From a virus (Duplodnaviria; Caudoviricetes): a stretch of DNA of 53,694 nucleotides. The notes beneath the pieces were generated by a model. That model worked only from the letters and a program-made list of their open reading frames with translations. It made no database searches and was not told the origin of the DNA. Below, piece by piece: positions 34,296 to 45,042 of this stretch (the first letter of the stretch is position 1; the number at the start of each line of letters is the position of its first letter). Where the stretch lies: positions 1 to 53,694 of IMG/VR virus record IMGVR_UViG_3300027736_000062; one strand, given 5' to 3'. The position numbers and the translations under genes were made by a program.

Positions 34296-37200
34296 TTATC
34301 TCCTAGCTGTGCGAGCGGGTTTTTTAAGGTAATCCAAAGGTGATTTTTTCGCTGGTGGCGGTAAATCCTTTGGTTTTGCCGACCTGTGATACGCCCGAAT
34401 CGAGTGCATCATGTTGTAGAGTTTATCGCTTCCTGCCTTAGTTGAGCCATTTCCAAGCGCGGCAACCACGTCAGCAGGGAATACAAATTCGCCATCAGCC
34501 AACATGGCAGGGATATCGTCCGACTGCCCGTCCCCGGGTCCCGTGACGGCGTTTCCTGTGCGGAAGTCCAGCCGTGGCTTGCCAGAGTGGTGAACCACAT
34601 TTAGCCCACCCCCAGCGTAGTGGCCATAGCGGGTTGTGCCGCCACCCGCAAACAGAGGCGTTGCAAGGCCACCAGCTTTGAATGGAAGCGTCGGAGCTTG
34701 ACCGCCACCCAGAAAGTCATTGATGTCGGTCTGCTGCCCGTAGTTGAAATAGTTAGACCCTTGCTGGGGCTGAGGCTGTGGGGTTGAGAGTTCGTCTTGC
34801 ACTTGGGCCACCTGCTGGTTCTGTTGTTGAGTTTCTTGCTGTGTTGGGTTTGGCGAGTAATCATTTTCTTTGACCATCTTGAGATATTGCTCAAGAGGGC
34901 CTTCAAACTTTGCTTCACCTGTAGTTTTCAAACCAATTTGTCGATATGGCGTGTCGTCGGACACAGCGGCAGCAGCGGGGGCAATCATGGCCATTGCGGC
35001 GCTGAGGCCGCCTTGAGTCCTTGCTTTGTCCTCAGCGGCCTTTTTGGCTTTTGCTTCTTCTTCTTGCTGTTTTTTAATATCGGTGACGCTGGTCTGTAAA
35101 CCACTTATGCCAGTGCCAAGCTCTTTAAGAGCCTGTTGCGTGGCCTCTTGATATGTCTTGCCTTGCAACACCAGCTCGTCGACGCGAGTGTTGAACTGCG
35201 TCTGAACATCGGTGATGTTCTTGGTCAGATCCGTCTTGACATCGGTAATTTGCTGAGTCGTTGTCTTGACTGCGGTATCAATTGCCTTGTTGATATCCAC
35301 GCCCATTTGGATTTGGGCATTGACGATGTCCTTCTGGTTTTGAGTCAGCGTGTCAAACTTGGTCTTGACGTCACCACTCAATGTGTTGAGCTGGGTCTTG
35401 ACGTCAGTGATCTGCTGCGTGGTCAACTTGGACGCAGTATCAATCGCTTTGTTGATGTCAATACCCTGTTGCGTGTACGCAGAGACAATGTCTTTTTGAC
35501 CTTGCGTCAGCGCATCAAATTTTGTTTTGACGTCAGCAGTAACACCAGTCAGCGCTTTTGTCAGCGCGTCATTGGTGACAGTGTCATTTGTTGCGGTTGT
35601 GCCAGTTGTACCTGTAGTCCCGGTAGTTCCAGTTGTACCAGTTGTACCAGTTGTACCAGTCGTCCCGGTTGTCCCGGTTGTCCCGGTTGTCCCGGTTGTC
35701 CCAGTGGTTCCAGTGGTTCCAGTGGTTCCAGTGGTTCCAGTTGTACCTGTCGTACCAGTAGTTCCGGTCGTTCCCGTGGTTCCAGTTGTGCCTGTAGTTC
35801 CAGTGGTTCCGGTAGTGCCTGTGGTTCCGGTAGTGCCTGTGGTTCCGGTAGTGCCTGTGGTTCCGGTAGTGCCTGTGGTTCCGGTAGTGCCTGTGCCGCC
35901 CGTTACAAAAGTCGTTCCAGTCGTACCTGTTGTCCCAGTAGTTCCCGTTGTTCCTGTGGTCCCAGTCGTGCCAGTCGTACCTGTGGTTCCTGTGGTTCCT
36001 GTAGTACCAGTCGTTCCGGTAGTCCCAGTTGTACCCGTTGTACCCGTTGTACCTGTTGTTCCGGTGGTTCCTGCTGTTCCGGTAGTTCCTGTTGTTCCGG
36101 TAGTTCCCGTTGTTCCGGTAGTTCCAGTAGTTCCCGTCGTTCCTGTTGTGCCCGTAGTCCCAGTGGTTCCCGTAGTTCCCGTCGTTCCGGTCGTTCCGGT
36201 CGTTCCGGTCGTCCCAGTGGTTGTTGTGACCTTAGACGCTTCATAGGCTGCTTTGTCACCGTTGAATTTAGTGTAAGTACCGTAGTCAGGAAAACCTGCA
36301 TCAATAGCTTTTTTGGTGTTTGCAGCCTGCGTCAGAGCATTGTTGTAAACGCCCAAATCACCTTTGTATTGAGTGTAGGTTGCGTAGTCGGGAAATCCCG
36401 CTGCTTTTGCAGTGGCTAAATTTGCCGCACTTGCATTGGCCGTGTTAAATGCATTTATGTCACCCTTGTAAAGGGTGTAATTTGCGTAATCAGGAAATCC
36501 TGCCGCCTTAGCAGTTGCCAAATTTGTGGCGTTTGTTTTGGCTGTGTTGTACGCCTGAATGTCACCGCTATATTGCGTATAAGTCGCATAATCGGGAAAG
36601 CCTGCATCAGTGGCTTTTTTGGTATTTGATTCGTTTGTTTTGGCGGTATTGTAGGCAGCAACATCTCCGCCATATTTGGTGTAAGACGCAAAATCAGGGA
36701 ATCCTGCGGAGGTAGCCTTGAGTGTGTTTGCGGCGTCAGTTTTTGCGGTGTTGTAATCCGACAAATTGCCGTTGTACTTAGTGTAAGTCGCATAGTCAGG
36801 GAACCCAGCCGCAGTGGCCAAGTTGTTGTTCTGCGCGTTCTGATAAAGCGTTTTGTCGCCACCATATTGTTGGTACGCAGCGTAATTTGGAAAGCCTGCT
36901 GCTTGAGCTACGGCCTCATAATCCGTTGTAGTTTGCAATGGCGCAGTTCCATTCAAAACGCTTGGGCTAAATACAACTTTGAAATCAGCCGCTGGCGTTT
37001 TGTAAATGTCATCGAGCACCGTTGTGAAATTAAACGATGGGTTTTTCTTGACGATTGAGTCAATGTTGCCAAGCGTGATTGGTGTTCCATCAGCAGACCT
37101 GTAAACAACAGTGCTGTAATCAGTCACGCTAGAAGGCAACGTGTCTTTTATGTCGCTTGGCGGAATTCCTATGCTTGTTCCAACAGCAGTCAATGCGCCC

Positions 37201-40200
37201 AAAGTAACCGAGCCACCATTGTTTGATTTGCCAATTTCAGCAGAAGAATTGAGAGTGCTCAGATCAACGTCTTTTGTTCCGTTCATCAGCTCTTGGAACG
37301 TCACATTGTTGCCCGAGTAATCTTTTGCAACAACGGCCAAATTATTGATTGATGCCGGGGCAATGATTGTGGCAGCCGTACCCGCTCCAATAATGCCAGA
37401 GTAGAAAGATTCTGCGTTTAATTGTCTGGTATTGATTTCGCCAGTCGTTACATACTGCGTTGTTGCATTTTGAGCATAAGTTTCAAGGTACTCTTGAGCA
37501 AAGTTAGTTGCAAGGGTTGAGCCAAATTTGGCCGCCACCTCTTTGACACCTCCAGTAACGCCTTGAAAATAATGTGCAAACAACATCTTGTCCGCAATAA
37601 ATTCTGTTGGAATTGTCACTGCGGCGTGAATTGCTCCAACCATCAAAGCCTTGTCGCGAGCCACATCTTCTGACACGCCTTTTGCTTTTAAGGCGTCATA
37701 AGTTTCTTTGGCTCCAGCCCCAAGAGACTCCAAACCATCAAGGGACGCAGAAATAGCCGACCTGACTGCGATTGCTGCTGGTATGCCCATCGGCCCCATA
37801 AAGGCAGTTGCCACGGCTCCAAGGGCCAGCCCGGGGCCTTCCTGAACAACCTCTTTGCCAGTGGCGCTGATGAACCCAAGCGGGTTGTCGTATGCGGCCT
37901 TGCTTATGGTTTGAATAGCAGTGAAAAAATCTTCCTTGCCTGCTTTTGCAATTGCGTTTTCAATGTTCTTTGTTTCTTGCGCAACGCTTGCACCGTCCTT
38001 GTCTTTGCCCCACTGCTCAATGGTTTTACCCAAGTTGTAAGTTGCGTTGTCGTAAGATGTTCCTGTGAGCGCTGCAACGCCACTGGCGTAGTTTTGCATC
38101 AGCTCGCCAATACCCTGAGCGCCTGTAGCCGCTAATTGACCAAGAACCCCGGTCGCCCGCACATTGGTGGCAGTTCTGTCGTCAGCAAGGCTTAGAGAGC
38201 CTCCTGTGACGTTACCCATGGCGTCGAAGGTGCGAGTATCAACGTAGACGTTGTCGTCCTTCTTGCCGTAGTAAATGTTCTCAGCGCCAGCAGGTTTGCC
38301 GCCCAAGAAACCTCGACCTGCACCAGCCACGTCGTTGGCAGGCATGAGGTTGATTCGGTTCTGAGCGTCAGCTAAATATTTGTCATAACGCTTGGTCTGT
38401 TCTTCTTTGTTTTCAGTGGTGTACTGTTTACCGTTCCACTCAAAAACCGCCCCGTTGCCGTATGCAGATCGCGCTGCCGCATAAGCTTGGCCAAACGAAA
38501 CTTTTTGGTCAACGGAAGCGCCGGGCGACACATAACCGGACGGCAAATCCAAACCATTGATGGCCAAGTCGGTGGCGGTGCTTTGGACGTTGCCTGACTT
38601 GAGTGCAGCTTGAAGCTGATCGCTTGTGGGGTCCTTGCCGACTACAGCAAAGTAAGCATCGCGTGCTTTTTGACTGGCCAACAAATTGATTTCATTGGTA
38701 GGACTGACGGTGTAAGTTGCTCCAGCAAGCTTGGCAGCTTCTGCTTCGGTCGGCGTGAAACCGTAATCGCGCCTGCAAATATTTTGCACGTCAGTAGTTG
38801 ACAACACGCGCCCGGCATCATTGTTGAAATCAACCTTGGACCCGTCAGTCCCAGTAAAGTCCATGACTTTTTGGGGAATGCCAGCAGCGTTGGTGAACAC
38901 CTGCTGACCGTCTTGCATAAACTTACCTTGACTGGTCAAAATCATGCCGTTGGAAAGGGTCCAACTGCCATCATCATTTTTGCTTGTAACCTTGATGGCC
39001 CCGGTGTTCAGGGCGTCAATGGTCGCATCACGAGTGGCCACCTCAGCCAGCGCCTTGGTGTAATTCTCAGCGGTCCGATCTGCCGCGTCTTTGGTCTTAG
39101 CCCAAGCATCGTATTTTGTTTGATAAGCGTCAGCAGCAGCCTTCAATGCAGCAGCAGTTGAGCCAACAGCAGTTACATCTTCAACATCTTTTTTGATGAC
39201 GTTAAGGTCTGCAATCTTTTTGTCAATTACAGCTTTGCTATCGCTCAATCCATCAAGCATTGGCTTGTTGTCGTCATACAGCTTTTGCGCTGCTTCTTGC
39301 GTAGACTTAGCCGTTGTGGCCGCAGCGTTGGCGGCTGTGGCGGCAGCATTTGCTTTGTCTGCAAACGACTGTTGAGTTGGCGCATCTTGAACAACTCGAT
39401 AGGTTGGGTTTCCCTCATCATCTGTTACGGTCCCGTCTGATTTCCAATATTTGTAATAACCATCTTCTGAGTTCCAACCGTCAGTTAATGTTGCTCCAAC
39501 AACCCTGTAGTAATAAATACCGTTATCGTCGTCACCTATTAAATATCCAATATCACGCATTTTTGCTTCGTAATTGTCGTAAGCCGATTTACTGTCGTCA
39601 AAAATTTTCTTTTGATCGTTAAACGTGTTTACGGCAGCCTCATTGTCAGAGGCTAATTTGTCATACTCTGTTTTGAACGGGCTGTACTGCTCATCAAGAA
39701 TTTTTTGGTATGCAGCAGCATCAGTATTGATGGCATTGCGCAGCTCTTCGCCTTTTGTGACTTTGGTGTCGTACTCCGCTTTGGCAAGGGTGTACTTATC
39801 TTGAGCCGCTTGAGCCGCTACAGTGTCTGTCGTCAGCAACTTGTATGAGTCTTTGACAGACTGCGCAAGGGACGACGTACCCATGTTTATGGTTGCATAA
39901 GCAATGTAATTGCCAATGGCCTGAGCTGGGTCGCCTTTGCCAGAAATGATTGTGTTCAAAGCGGTGCTTGTTGCACCCTTCATCAGGTCCAAAGCTTTGG
40001 TGCTGAATCCCCAGTTGGGGTCCTTGTTCAATGCATCAAAATAGCTGTTGGTTGATGAATAGACAAGACCAGATGTAAAGCCTGAAGCAATCCCATCAGT
40101 GATTGATTTTCCACTGATTGCCGCATTCAAGCCACCAATGATTGATGAATTCAAACTTGCAGTCGCAGCCTTCGCAACAGACACGGCCATGTCTGCTGGG

Positions 40201-40598
40201 AGGTTGTAATTCTGCATCATCGAGTTTGTGAAATCTGTACCAGCGGTTTTGGTGTAGTCGCCAATTACCTTGCCAATTTCAGTGCCACTTAAAGCTTCAG
40301 AAGCAACGTAAGAAATTGCTGCCGACTTGGCAATGTCTTCAAGCTTCCCGCCTTTGGCGGCAGTAATTGCCGCAGCAGTTACATATGGCGGAATTCCAAA
40401 ATATGTACCCGCAACTTGCAACAGAGTCGGCAAAGGATCTTTGAGAATAGCCGTGACTGCTTTGCCTATGCCCTCAACAGCACCAACAATTGCTTTGCCT
40501 ATCCCAGAAATAACATTACCCACGGCGCTAACAACGCCAGAGATAGCGTCACCAATTCCACCAACGATTCCTGATACTGCATCAACAATTCCACTCAT
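34296..40598 (-). CDS. 2100-aa ejection/internal virion protein with repeat tracts and tape-measure-like C-terminal domain
   Basis: Amphipathic N-terminus, coiled coils, 34-aa repeats, (TTG)n, C-terminal [20 protein letters not shown]. Confidence 0.8.
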   Translation of the reverse strand: MSGIVDAVSGIVGGIGDAISGVVSAVGNVISGIGKAIVGAVEGIGKAVTAILKDPLPTLLQVAGTYFGIPPYVTAAAITAAKGGKLEDIAKSAAISYVASEALSGTEIGKVIGDYTKTAGTDFTNSMMQNYNLPADMAVSVAKAATASLNSSIIGGLNAAISGKSITDGIASGFTSGLVYSSTNSYFDALNKDPNWGFSTKALDLMKGATSTALNTIISGKGDPAQAIGNYIAYATINMGTSSLAQSVKDSYKLLTTDTVAAQAAQDKYTLAKAEYDTKVTKGEELRNAINTDAAAYQKILDEQYSPFKTEYDKLASDNEAAVNTFNDQKKIFDDSKSAYDNYEAKMRDIGYLIGDDDNGIYYYRVVGATLTDGWNSEDGYYKYWKSDGTVTDDEGNPTYRVVQDAPTQQSFADKANAAATAANAAATTAKSTQEAAQKLYDDNKPMLDGLSDSKAVIDKKIADLNVIKKDVEDVTAVGSTAAALKAAADAYQTKYDAWAKTKDAADRTAENYTKALAEVATRDATIDALNTGAIKVTSKNDDGSWTLSNGMILTSQGKFMQDGQQVFTNAAGIPQKVMDFTGTDGSKVDFNNDAGRVLSTTDVQNICRRDYGFTPTEAEAAKLAGATYTVSPTNEINLLASQKARDAYFAVVGKDPTSDQLQAALKSGNVQSTATDLAINGLDLPSGYVSPGASVDQKVSFGQAYAAARSAYGNGAVFEWNGKQYTTENKEEQTKRYDKYLADAQNRINLMPANDVAGAGRGFLGGKPAGAENIYYGKKDDNVYVDTRTFDAMGNVTGGSLSLADDRTATNVRATGVLGQLAATGAQGIGELMQNYASGVAALTGTSYDNATYNLGKTIEQWGKDKDGASVAQETKNIENAIAKAGKEDFFTAIQTISKAAYDNPLGFISATGKEVVQEGPGLALGAVATAFMGPMGIPAAIAVRSAISASLDGLESLGAGAKETYDALKAKGVSEDVARDKALMVGAIHAAVTIPTEFIADKMLFAHYFQGVTGGVKEVAAKFGSTLATNFAQEYLETYAQNATTQYVTTGEINTRQLNAESFYSGIIGAGTAATIIAPASINNLAVVAKDYSGNNVTFQELMNGTKDVDLSTLNSSAEIGKSNNGGSVTLGALTAVGTSIGIPPSDIKDTLPSSVTDYSTVVYRSADGTPITLGNIDSIVKKNPSFNFTTVLDDIYKTPAADFKVVFSPSVLNGTAPLQTTTDYEAVAQAAGFPNYAAYQQYGGDKTLYQNAQNNNLATAAGFPDYATYTKYNGNLSDYNTAKTDAANTLKATSAGFPDFASYTKYGGDVAAYNTAKTNESNTKKATDAGFPDYATYTQYSGDIQAYNTAKTNATNLATAKAAGFPDYANYTLYKGDINAFNTANASAANLATAKAAGFPDYATYTQYKGDLGVYNNALTQAANTKKAIDAGFPDYGTYTKFNGDKAAYEASKVTTTTGTTGTTGTTGTTGTTGTTGTTGTTGTTGTTGTTGTTGTTGTTGTTGTAGTTGTTGTTGTTGTTGTTGTTGTTGTTGTTGTTGTTGTTGTTGTTGTTGTTGTTFVTGGTGTTGTTGTTGTTGTTGTTGTTGTTGTTGTTGTTGTTGTTGTTGTTGTTGTTGTTGTTGTTGTTGTTGTTGTTGTTGTTGTTGTTGTTGTTGTTGTTGTTATNDTVTNDALTKALTGVTADVKTKFDALTQGQKDIVSAYTQQGIDINKAIDTASKLTTQQITDVKTQLNTLSGDVKTKFDTLTQNQKDIVNAQIQMGVDINKAIDTAVKTTTQQITDVKTDLTKNITDVQTQFNTRVDELVLQGKTYQEATQQALKELGTGISGLQTSVTDIKKQQEEEAKAKKAAEDKARTQGGLSAAMAMIAPAAAAVSDDTPYRQIGLKTTGEAKFEGPLEQYLKMVKENDYSPNPTQQETQQQNQQVAQVQDELSTPQPQPQQGSNYFNYGQQTDINDFLGGGQAPTLPFKAGGLATPLFAGGGTTRYGHYAGGGLNVVHHSGKPRLDFRTGNAVTGPGDGQSDDIPAMLADGEFVFPADVVAALGNGSTKAGSDKLYNMMHSIRAYHRSAKPKDLPPPAKKSPLDYLKKPARTARR
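35595..36227 (-). repeat. (Thr-Thr-Gly)n coding repeat, roughly 65-70 triplets
   Basis: 9-nt degenerate tandem repeat; perfect 18-nt unit x5 at 35803-35892. Confidence 0.95.
36231..36910 (-). repeat. Seven ~34-aa repeats [15 protein letters not shown]...YN.A
   Basis: Visible in the translation and as ~102-nt DNA repeats. Confidence 0.9.
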
Positions 40599-40600
40599 GA

Positions 40601-41086
40601 TCAGGCCCTCTTTTCACCAGTGGAAACCGCAAAAAGCTGGTGCTCGCTGTCAAACTTTGTTTTGACTGCCGGGTCTTTCATTTTCCGAGCGGCCGCCTTC
40701 AAAGTTCTGACAAGCTCAGGCGTGTGAATTCTTGCGACAAGAGTGTCAAAACCAATCTTGCGAGCCGACTCTAAAAACTGATGCATGTTTTCAATGTAGT
40801 TGGGAACGGTGTCGCCGTTGTAAGCATGCACATATCCAACACGCCCCTCAAAGGCGGCGATCGTGAACAAAGTGTTGCCTGCGCGAATTCTGATCAACCC
40901 CTTGTCGCTATACAACTGAATCATCATTGAGTACAGCATTCTCTCGGGGCTGACGTGGGTTTTTTTGGCAGCCTGCTCAACCATTTTTTGACCGACCTTG
41001 TCCTCATGCGCGGCCACCACAAAAATGTCCGTGGGTTCGAGCATGTGCTCCTTGGAGCTGACAGGATGGATGCCTTCGAGTTTCAT
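40601..41086 (-). CDS. Hypothetical protein (position of the P22 gp14/GNAT-like gene)
   Basis: Between tail hub and ejection genes; alpha/beta pattern. Confidence 0.6.
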   Translation of the reverse strand: MKLEGIHPVSSKEHMLEPTDIFVVAAHEDKVGQKMVEQAAKKTHVSPERMLYSMMIQLYSDKGLIRIRAGNTLFTIAAFEGRVGYVHAYNGDTVPNYIENMHQFLESARKIGFDTLVARIHTPELVRTLKAAARKMKDPAVKTKFDSEHQLFAVSTGEKRA

Positions 41087-41343
41087 GTTGATTGCGTTGC
41101 CGGGTTAACTGCTGCCACCATAGCCTCGGCCCAGTCATACCAATTGTTGTATTGGTCAGTGCGGGGCGTTGCTTCGTTTGAGAAGACGTCAATTGCGTTT
41201 AGGCCATTACCCCATTTTTTCCAATCTGTCAATGGGTTTGGAATTTCAAGGTTCTGTGCGCCGTAAAGCTCGCACATGAGGCAAGCCCACGACTCAAACG
41301 TGTGATATCGTGGGTCGTATATCTGTGCAGGATTAAGGGCCAT
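41083..41343 (-). CDS. Small Trp-rich tail-module protein
   Basis: DPR...F..WA...W..W...W..WA; coupled packing. Confidence 0.7.
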   Translation of the reverse strand: MALNPAQIYDPRYHTFESWACLMCELYGAQNLEIPNPLTDWKKWGNGLNAIDVFSNEATPRTDQYNNWYDWAEAMVAAVNPATQST

Positions 41344-43546
41344 ATGGCCTCACGTCGCCGATCTCGGCGTTCAAAACCAATTTACCAAGCTGGTAGTTTC
41401 CCCCAGCCACGTCAGAGGTGAACCTCAGTCGCAACTCACGGCGCTGCTCACGCATGTCAATCTTGCCTGTGTTGGGTCCAAAAATGTAAGGGTCGGACTC
41501 CTTGTCTTCGCCCTGAGCAAACGGGCGGCCAGTCACAACCACGCTCATCTCGCCCTCTTGCACAAAATCAGGCTCGATACGCTCCACGCGAATCCAACGG
41601 TTGAGGCCTTCGGGCTGAGGCTGAGAAGGACCACCACCAAGCCAGCTCAGGTCATTGGTCTCAAATGAGCTGAGAATTGATCGCACGTTCTGGCCATTGA
41701 TGTCGTCCGTTCCAATCTCATGCTGGTAGATTTCGATCAAGTTTTCCGGGATCGAAAACGTCAAGGAGGCCGCGCCAGTTCCCGTGGCGGCCGCCGACAT
41801 TTGGATTGCTTGAGCATAAATTGCCGACACAGGAATTGAGAACCCCGCTCCCGTGCCACCCAAACTGGCCGCCGTGGCGCTTAGGACGTTGCCAACCAAA
41901 TAGGCAGCTCCACGGGCCGTGATGGTCACGGTGGTCACTATGCCCCCGGCAACGCCTATGGTTGCCTTAGCGCCCAATCCAGAGCCTCCTGTGAGGGTTA
42001 CGTTGGTGTAGGAGCCGTTGACGTAGCCTGCGCCTCCTGTAATCGCTCCCAGCGTCTTGATGTTGCTGGAGGTGATGGCCACCACAGTCGTGCTTGTTGG
42101 GATGTTGGAGCCAGAGATGACTTGATTCAAAGCCACCTGAGTGTTGTAGGTGTCGCTGTACAGGAAAACGCTGCCAGACACCTCGTTGAAAGTAGCCGTG
42201 AACACGGTCTCAGCAGTGCTGGCGTGCCAGTCTGCGGCCACGGGAAAAGCAAACACCTGCGAGAAGTACCCGGCAGAGCGCTGCGCACCACGGGCCTCGC
42301 CAGCGTCGTACCAAGTGTTCTCACGCACGTTGTAGATGATCGCGTCAGTGCATTCGGTGGCATCGCCTCGGGGATAGAACCACCAGATCTCGCCGTAGCG
42401 AGGAACCTTTGTTGCCCAAACCTTTTGACGCTGGTCATAGTTCAAGTTGTCAAAAAAGTAGTTCTGGTTCATGGTGTTGGGGATCTCTTTGACCACACCG
42501 TTGTACAGCAGGAATCGATCAACACCGCACCAGTAATAGACACCGTCGTACTCAATGGCCGACTGCGAAGACAAAATTGATGACTGGCTGCTGATGATGT
42601 CATAGCGCCAGTATTGGGCAGGCGTTCCCGTGCCGCCGATGAACGACACGCGGACAAGGCTGTCAAGGCTCCAAAACAGCCCAGAGGGCGCGTTTGAGCC
42701 GCCCCTGACGGGTAGCCCTTGCACGATCTTTCCAGAGGCCACATTGACCGCGTTGGCGTCCGCAGAAACCCAGTCGTTGGTGTTGCCAGCCGAGCAGTTC
42801 TGGATCAGGCCATTGTTGCCGTACACAAACAGGTAAGGGTGCAGCGACACAACCCCGCCAGACACCGAGATGTTGTTGTTGAAGGTCAGCGTCACAGTGC
42901 CAGAGGCCGTGGCGGCGTTGGAGAGCACCAGCGTGGTCGTGACGATGGACACCACCGTGGTGTTGGCGGGTATGCCCGTGCCAGTCACCGTTTGGCCAGC
43001 GCCAATCAATGTGTTTGACGCCGCCAAAGTCACCGTGGCGCTTAAATTTGTTGTCGTGCCAGAGGCAGTAAACACACCAATTTGACTCATGGTCAAGGCG
43101 GTGATGTCGCCAATCAACACAGGGGTGTTGTTGTTGTTTCCGATGGAGGCAAGGTTTTGCCCCGGGTGAGCAATTAAGGATTGCAAACCCGTTCCCGCTA
43201 CGTCGTAGAAGCCGTCCATCTGCCACAGGTTCAAATTAGACTGCGTGAAGTTAGACAGGGTAAAGTTACCCACCCCAGCGCCCACGCCATTGTTGTCAAT
43301 GGTCAGGACCTGAAGGCCGTTGTTGTAGCCGCTGAAGATAGACGTAAAGGCGTTCTGAGCGTTGACCCAGATCCCGCGTGAGGGGCCTGTGAGCTGATCA
43401 GAAATGACCCGATAGCCACCGATCTTGCGAGGACGGCCACGCTGAAAACGGACCCACTCGCCGTCGTTGTAGAACTGCTTGTCAAAGACCGTGCCGTCGC
43501 GCTGGATACCCGGCTGCGTGTCGAGGGAGAAAACCTTGGCAGCCAT
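41333..43546 (-). CDS. Tail hub/stabilisation protein (P22 gp10-like) with inserted beta modules
   Basis: PGIQRDGT...WVRFQRGRPRKIGG; YYW.G...F..YNG.V..IP; EIWWFYP; YN..E.TWY; RIEPDF. Confidence 0.7.
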   Translation of the reverse strand: MAAKVFSLDTQPGIQRDGTVFDKQFYNDGEWVRFQRGRPRKIGGYRVISDQLTGPSRGIWVNAQNAFTSIFSGYNNGLQVLTIDNNGVGAGVGNFTLSNFTQSNLNLWQMDGFYDVAGTGLQSLIAHPGQNLASIGNNNNTPVLIGDITALTMSQIGVFTASGTTTNLSATVTLAASNTLIGAGQTVTGTGIPANTTVVSIVTTTLVLSNAATASGTVTLTFNNNISVSGGVVSLHPYLFVYGNNGLIQNCSAGNTNDWVSADANAVNVASGKIVQGLPVRGGSNAPSGLFWSLDSLVRVSFIGGTGTPAQYWRYDIISSQSSILSSQSAIEYDGVYYWCGVDRFLLYNGVVKEIPNTMNQNYFFDNLNYDQRQKVWATKVPRYGEIWWFYPRGDATECTDAIIYNVRENTWYDAGEARGAQRSAGYFSQVFAFPVAADWHASTAETVFTATFNEVSGSVFLYSDTYNTQVALNQVISGSNIPTSTTVVAITSSNIKTLGAITGGAGYVNGSYTNVTLTGGSGLGAKATIGVAGGIVTTVTITARGAAYLVGNVLSATAASLGGTGAGFSIPVSAIYAQAIQMSAAATGTGAASLTFSIPENLIEIYQHEIGTDDINGQNVRSILSSFETNDLSWLGGGPSQPQPEGLNRWIRVERIEPDFVQEGEMSVVVTGRPFAQGEDKESDPYIFGPNTGKIDMREQRRELRLRFTSDVAGGNYQLGKLVLNAEIGDVRPYGP

Positions 43547-45042
43547 TAGAAGGTCCCGCCCTGAACACCCCCAGTAAAGTTCCCCGTGCCCGGGATGTTT
43601 AGCCCTGTCGCGGTCAGCCCAAACAGCTTGACGCCCAAGATTGCAATACCAAACTCGCCCGAGCCGGGGCGGTAAATGCCTGTTGACGTCTCGGTCGCAA
43701 AGTTAAGCGATGGAGCGCCCACCGTGCCATCCACCAAAGACACGTTCACCGCACCAGCGGCAATCGTTGAGGCGTTCAGCAAGTTGACCGAGTCGCACAG
43801 CAAGATCACCTGCTGGCTTGCTGGGACGGTAGCCGTGGCTCCTCCTCCGCTTGTCGTAAAGGTAATCTGGTAGCCGGGTCCGCCGCCGTTGGTCTGATTG
43901 GTGATGTAGTACACCTGAATTGTTTGTGGCAGCACTATGGTGACGTTGCCAGTCAGGGTCCCGGTGTACTTCTGAATTGTGTTGGCCGCCTCTGAGGCGG
44001 TCAGGGTGTAGCTGCCAGTCACCACAGCCTTGGTGAGCTGGGTAAAGTTGAACTCAGTGCTGCGGCCTAAACCGACGGTGAAGAAGGCAGAGCCAGAGCA
44101 GCAGATCACGCAAGAGTCAGCAGGCTGCAAGGAGATGGTTGATGCGCCGTTGATCAGAATGCCGCCAGCAGGAGCAATGGTCAAAGTACCAGTGCCGCCG
44201 TTGCGGACCATCATGTACCAGTCATTGCCCAACGTTACAGCAGAGGTGAGCGTCAGTGTTCCAGAGCCGCCAGACCAGACGTAGGTTGATGCTCGGTCAG
44301 TGGTCAGCGCGGTGTAGCTGGACGCAAAGGTGTTGACCTCGTTTGCTGAATTTAGCGTGTTGGAAATGGCCTTGAGGCCAAAACCAGCAAGGGTGGCGGC
44401 ATCTACGTTGGATGTGCCAACTCCAAAGGCTATGAGTCCCCATGTGCCCGCCGTGGTGGCGTTGGTGGTGAGGTAGATGTACTTGGCTTCGCCCGGGGCA
44501 ATCGTGACAATCGTGCCGCCAGTGTAAGTTCTGACGGTAAAGGTGTAGGAGCCTACGTTGCGGAACAGCGCATCAATGCCAACAGAGGCCTGATTGGCGG
44601 GCGGCATGTCCAAGGTGAATGAGTCAAGCGTGAACGTCAGGCCAGTCGTTGTACCAGCCGTGGTGGCCACCGCAGCGCCTCCCAAGGTGGCCGACAGTGT
44701 GAAGGTTGTTGTGCCGTTGGTAACAATGATGTAGTAGGTGTTGCCAGTGGTGATGCCGCCTGAAGTGCCCGTGGAAACTCCAGTGACAACAACTGCTTGG
44801 CCAACAAACAAGCTCGGGGTGGCGGTGCAGGAGCATTGGCCTGCCGTGCCTGTAACGGTGACGCCAGAAAGCACCAAGCCGCTTGACAGCGACGTGACGT
44901 CCATGACCCGTGCGGCGGCGTTGTCGGTATCGCTGCCGTTGATTGGCCAAGAAAGGGTCGTGTCGGCTGAGAGCGTTATATCGCGATAAGAGACGTCGGT
45001 CGGTTGAATGACCTGACCTGTAAATGGACTGGTAAAGCTCAT
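43546..45042 (-). CDS. Tail-associated structural protein
   Basis: Thr/Gly-rich beta repeats; DGT..APSLNF..E.STGIYR motif. Confidence 0.65.
   Translation of the reverse strand: MSFTSPFTGQVIQPTDVSYRDITLSADTTLSWPINGSDTDNAAARVMDVTSLSSGLVLSGVTVTGTAGQCSCTATPSLFVGQAVVVTGVSTGTSGGITTGNTYYIIVTNGTTTFTLSATLGGAAVATTAGTTTGLTFTLDSFTLDMPPANQASVGIDALFRNVGSYTFTVRTYTGGTIVTIAPGEAKYIYLTTNATTAGTWGLIAFGVGTSNVDAATLAGFGLKAISNTLNSANEVNTFASSYTALTTDRASTYVWSGGSGTLTLTSAVTLGNDWYMMVRNGGTGTLTIAPAGGILINGASTISLQPADSCVICCSGSAFFTVGLGRSTEFNFTQLTKAVVTGSYTLTASEAANTIQKYTGTLTGNVTIVLPQTIQVYYITNQTNGGGPGYQITFTTSGGGATATVPASQQVILLCDSVNLLNASTIAAGAVNVSLVDGTVGAPSLNFATETSTGIYRPGSGEFGIAILGVKLFGLTATGLNIPGTGNFTGGVQGGTF

Noticed and set aside
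35136-36419. Plus-strand ORFs of 427 aa (Cys/Ser/Gly-rich) and 239 aa ((PVV)n)
   Set aside because: Antisense shadows of the (TTG)n tract; third-position variation fits the minus-strand frame; no RBS or promoter seen
35595-36910. Tandem repeats as a possible CRISPR array
   Set aside because: No constant repeat with unique spacers; repeats are in-frame coding; no cas operon
34296-40598. True siphovirus tape measure protein
   Set aside because: No tail tube, terminator or chaperone genes seen; context is a P22-like hub and ejection block
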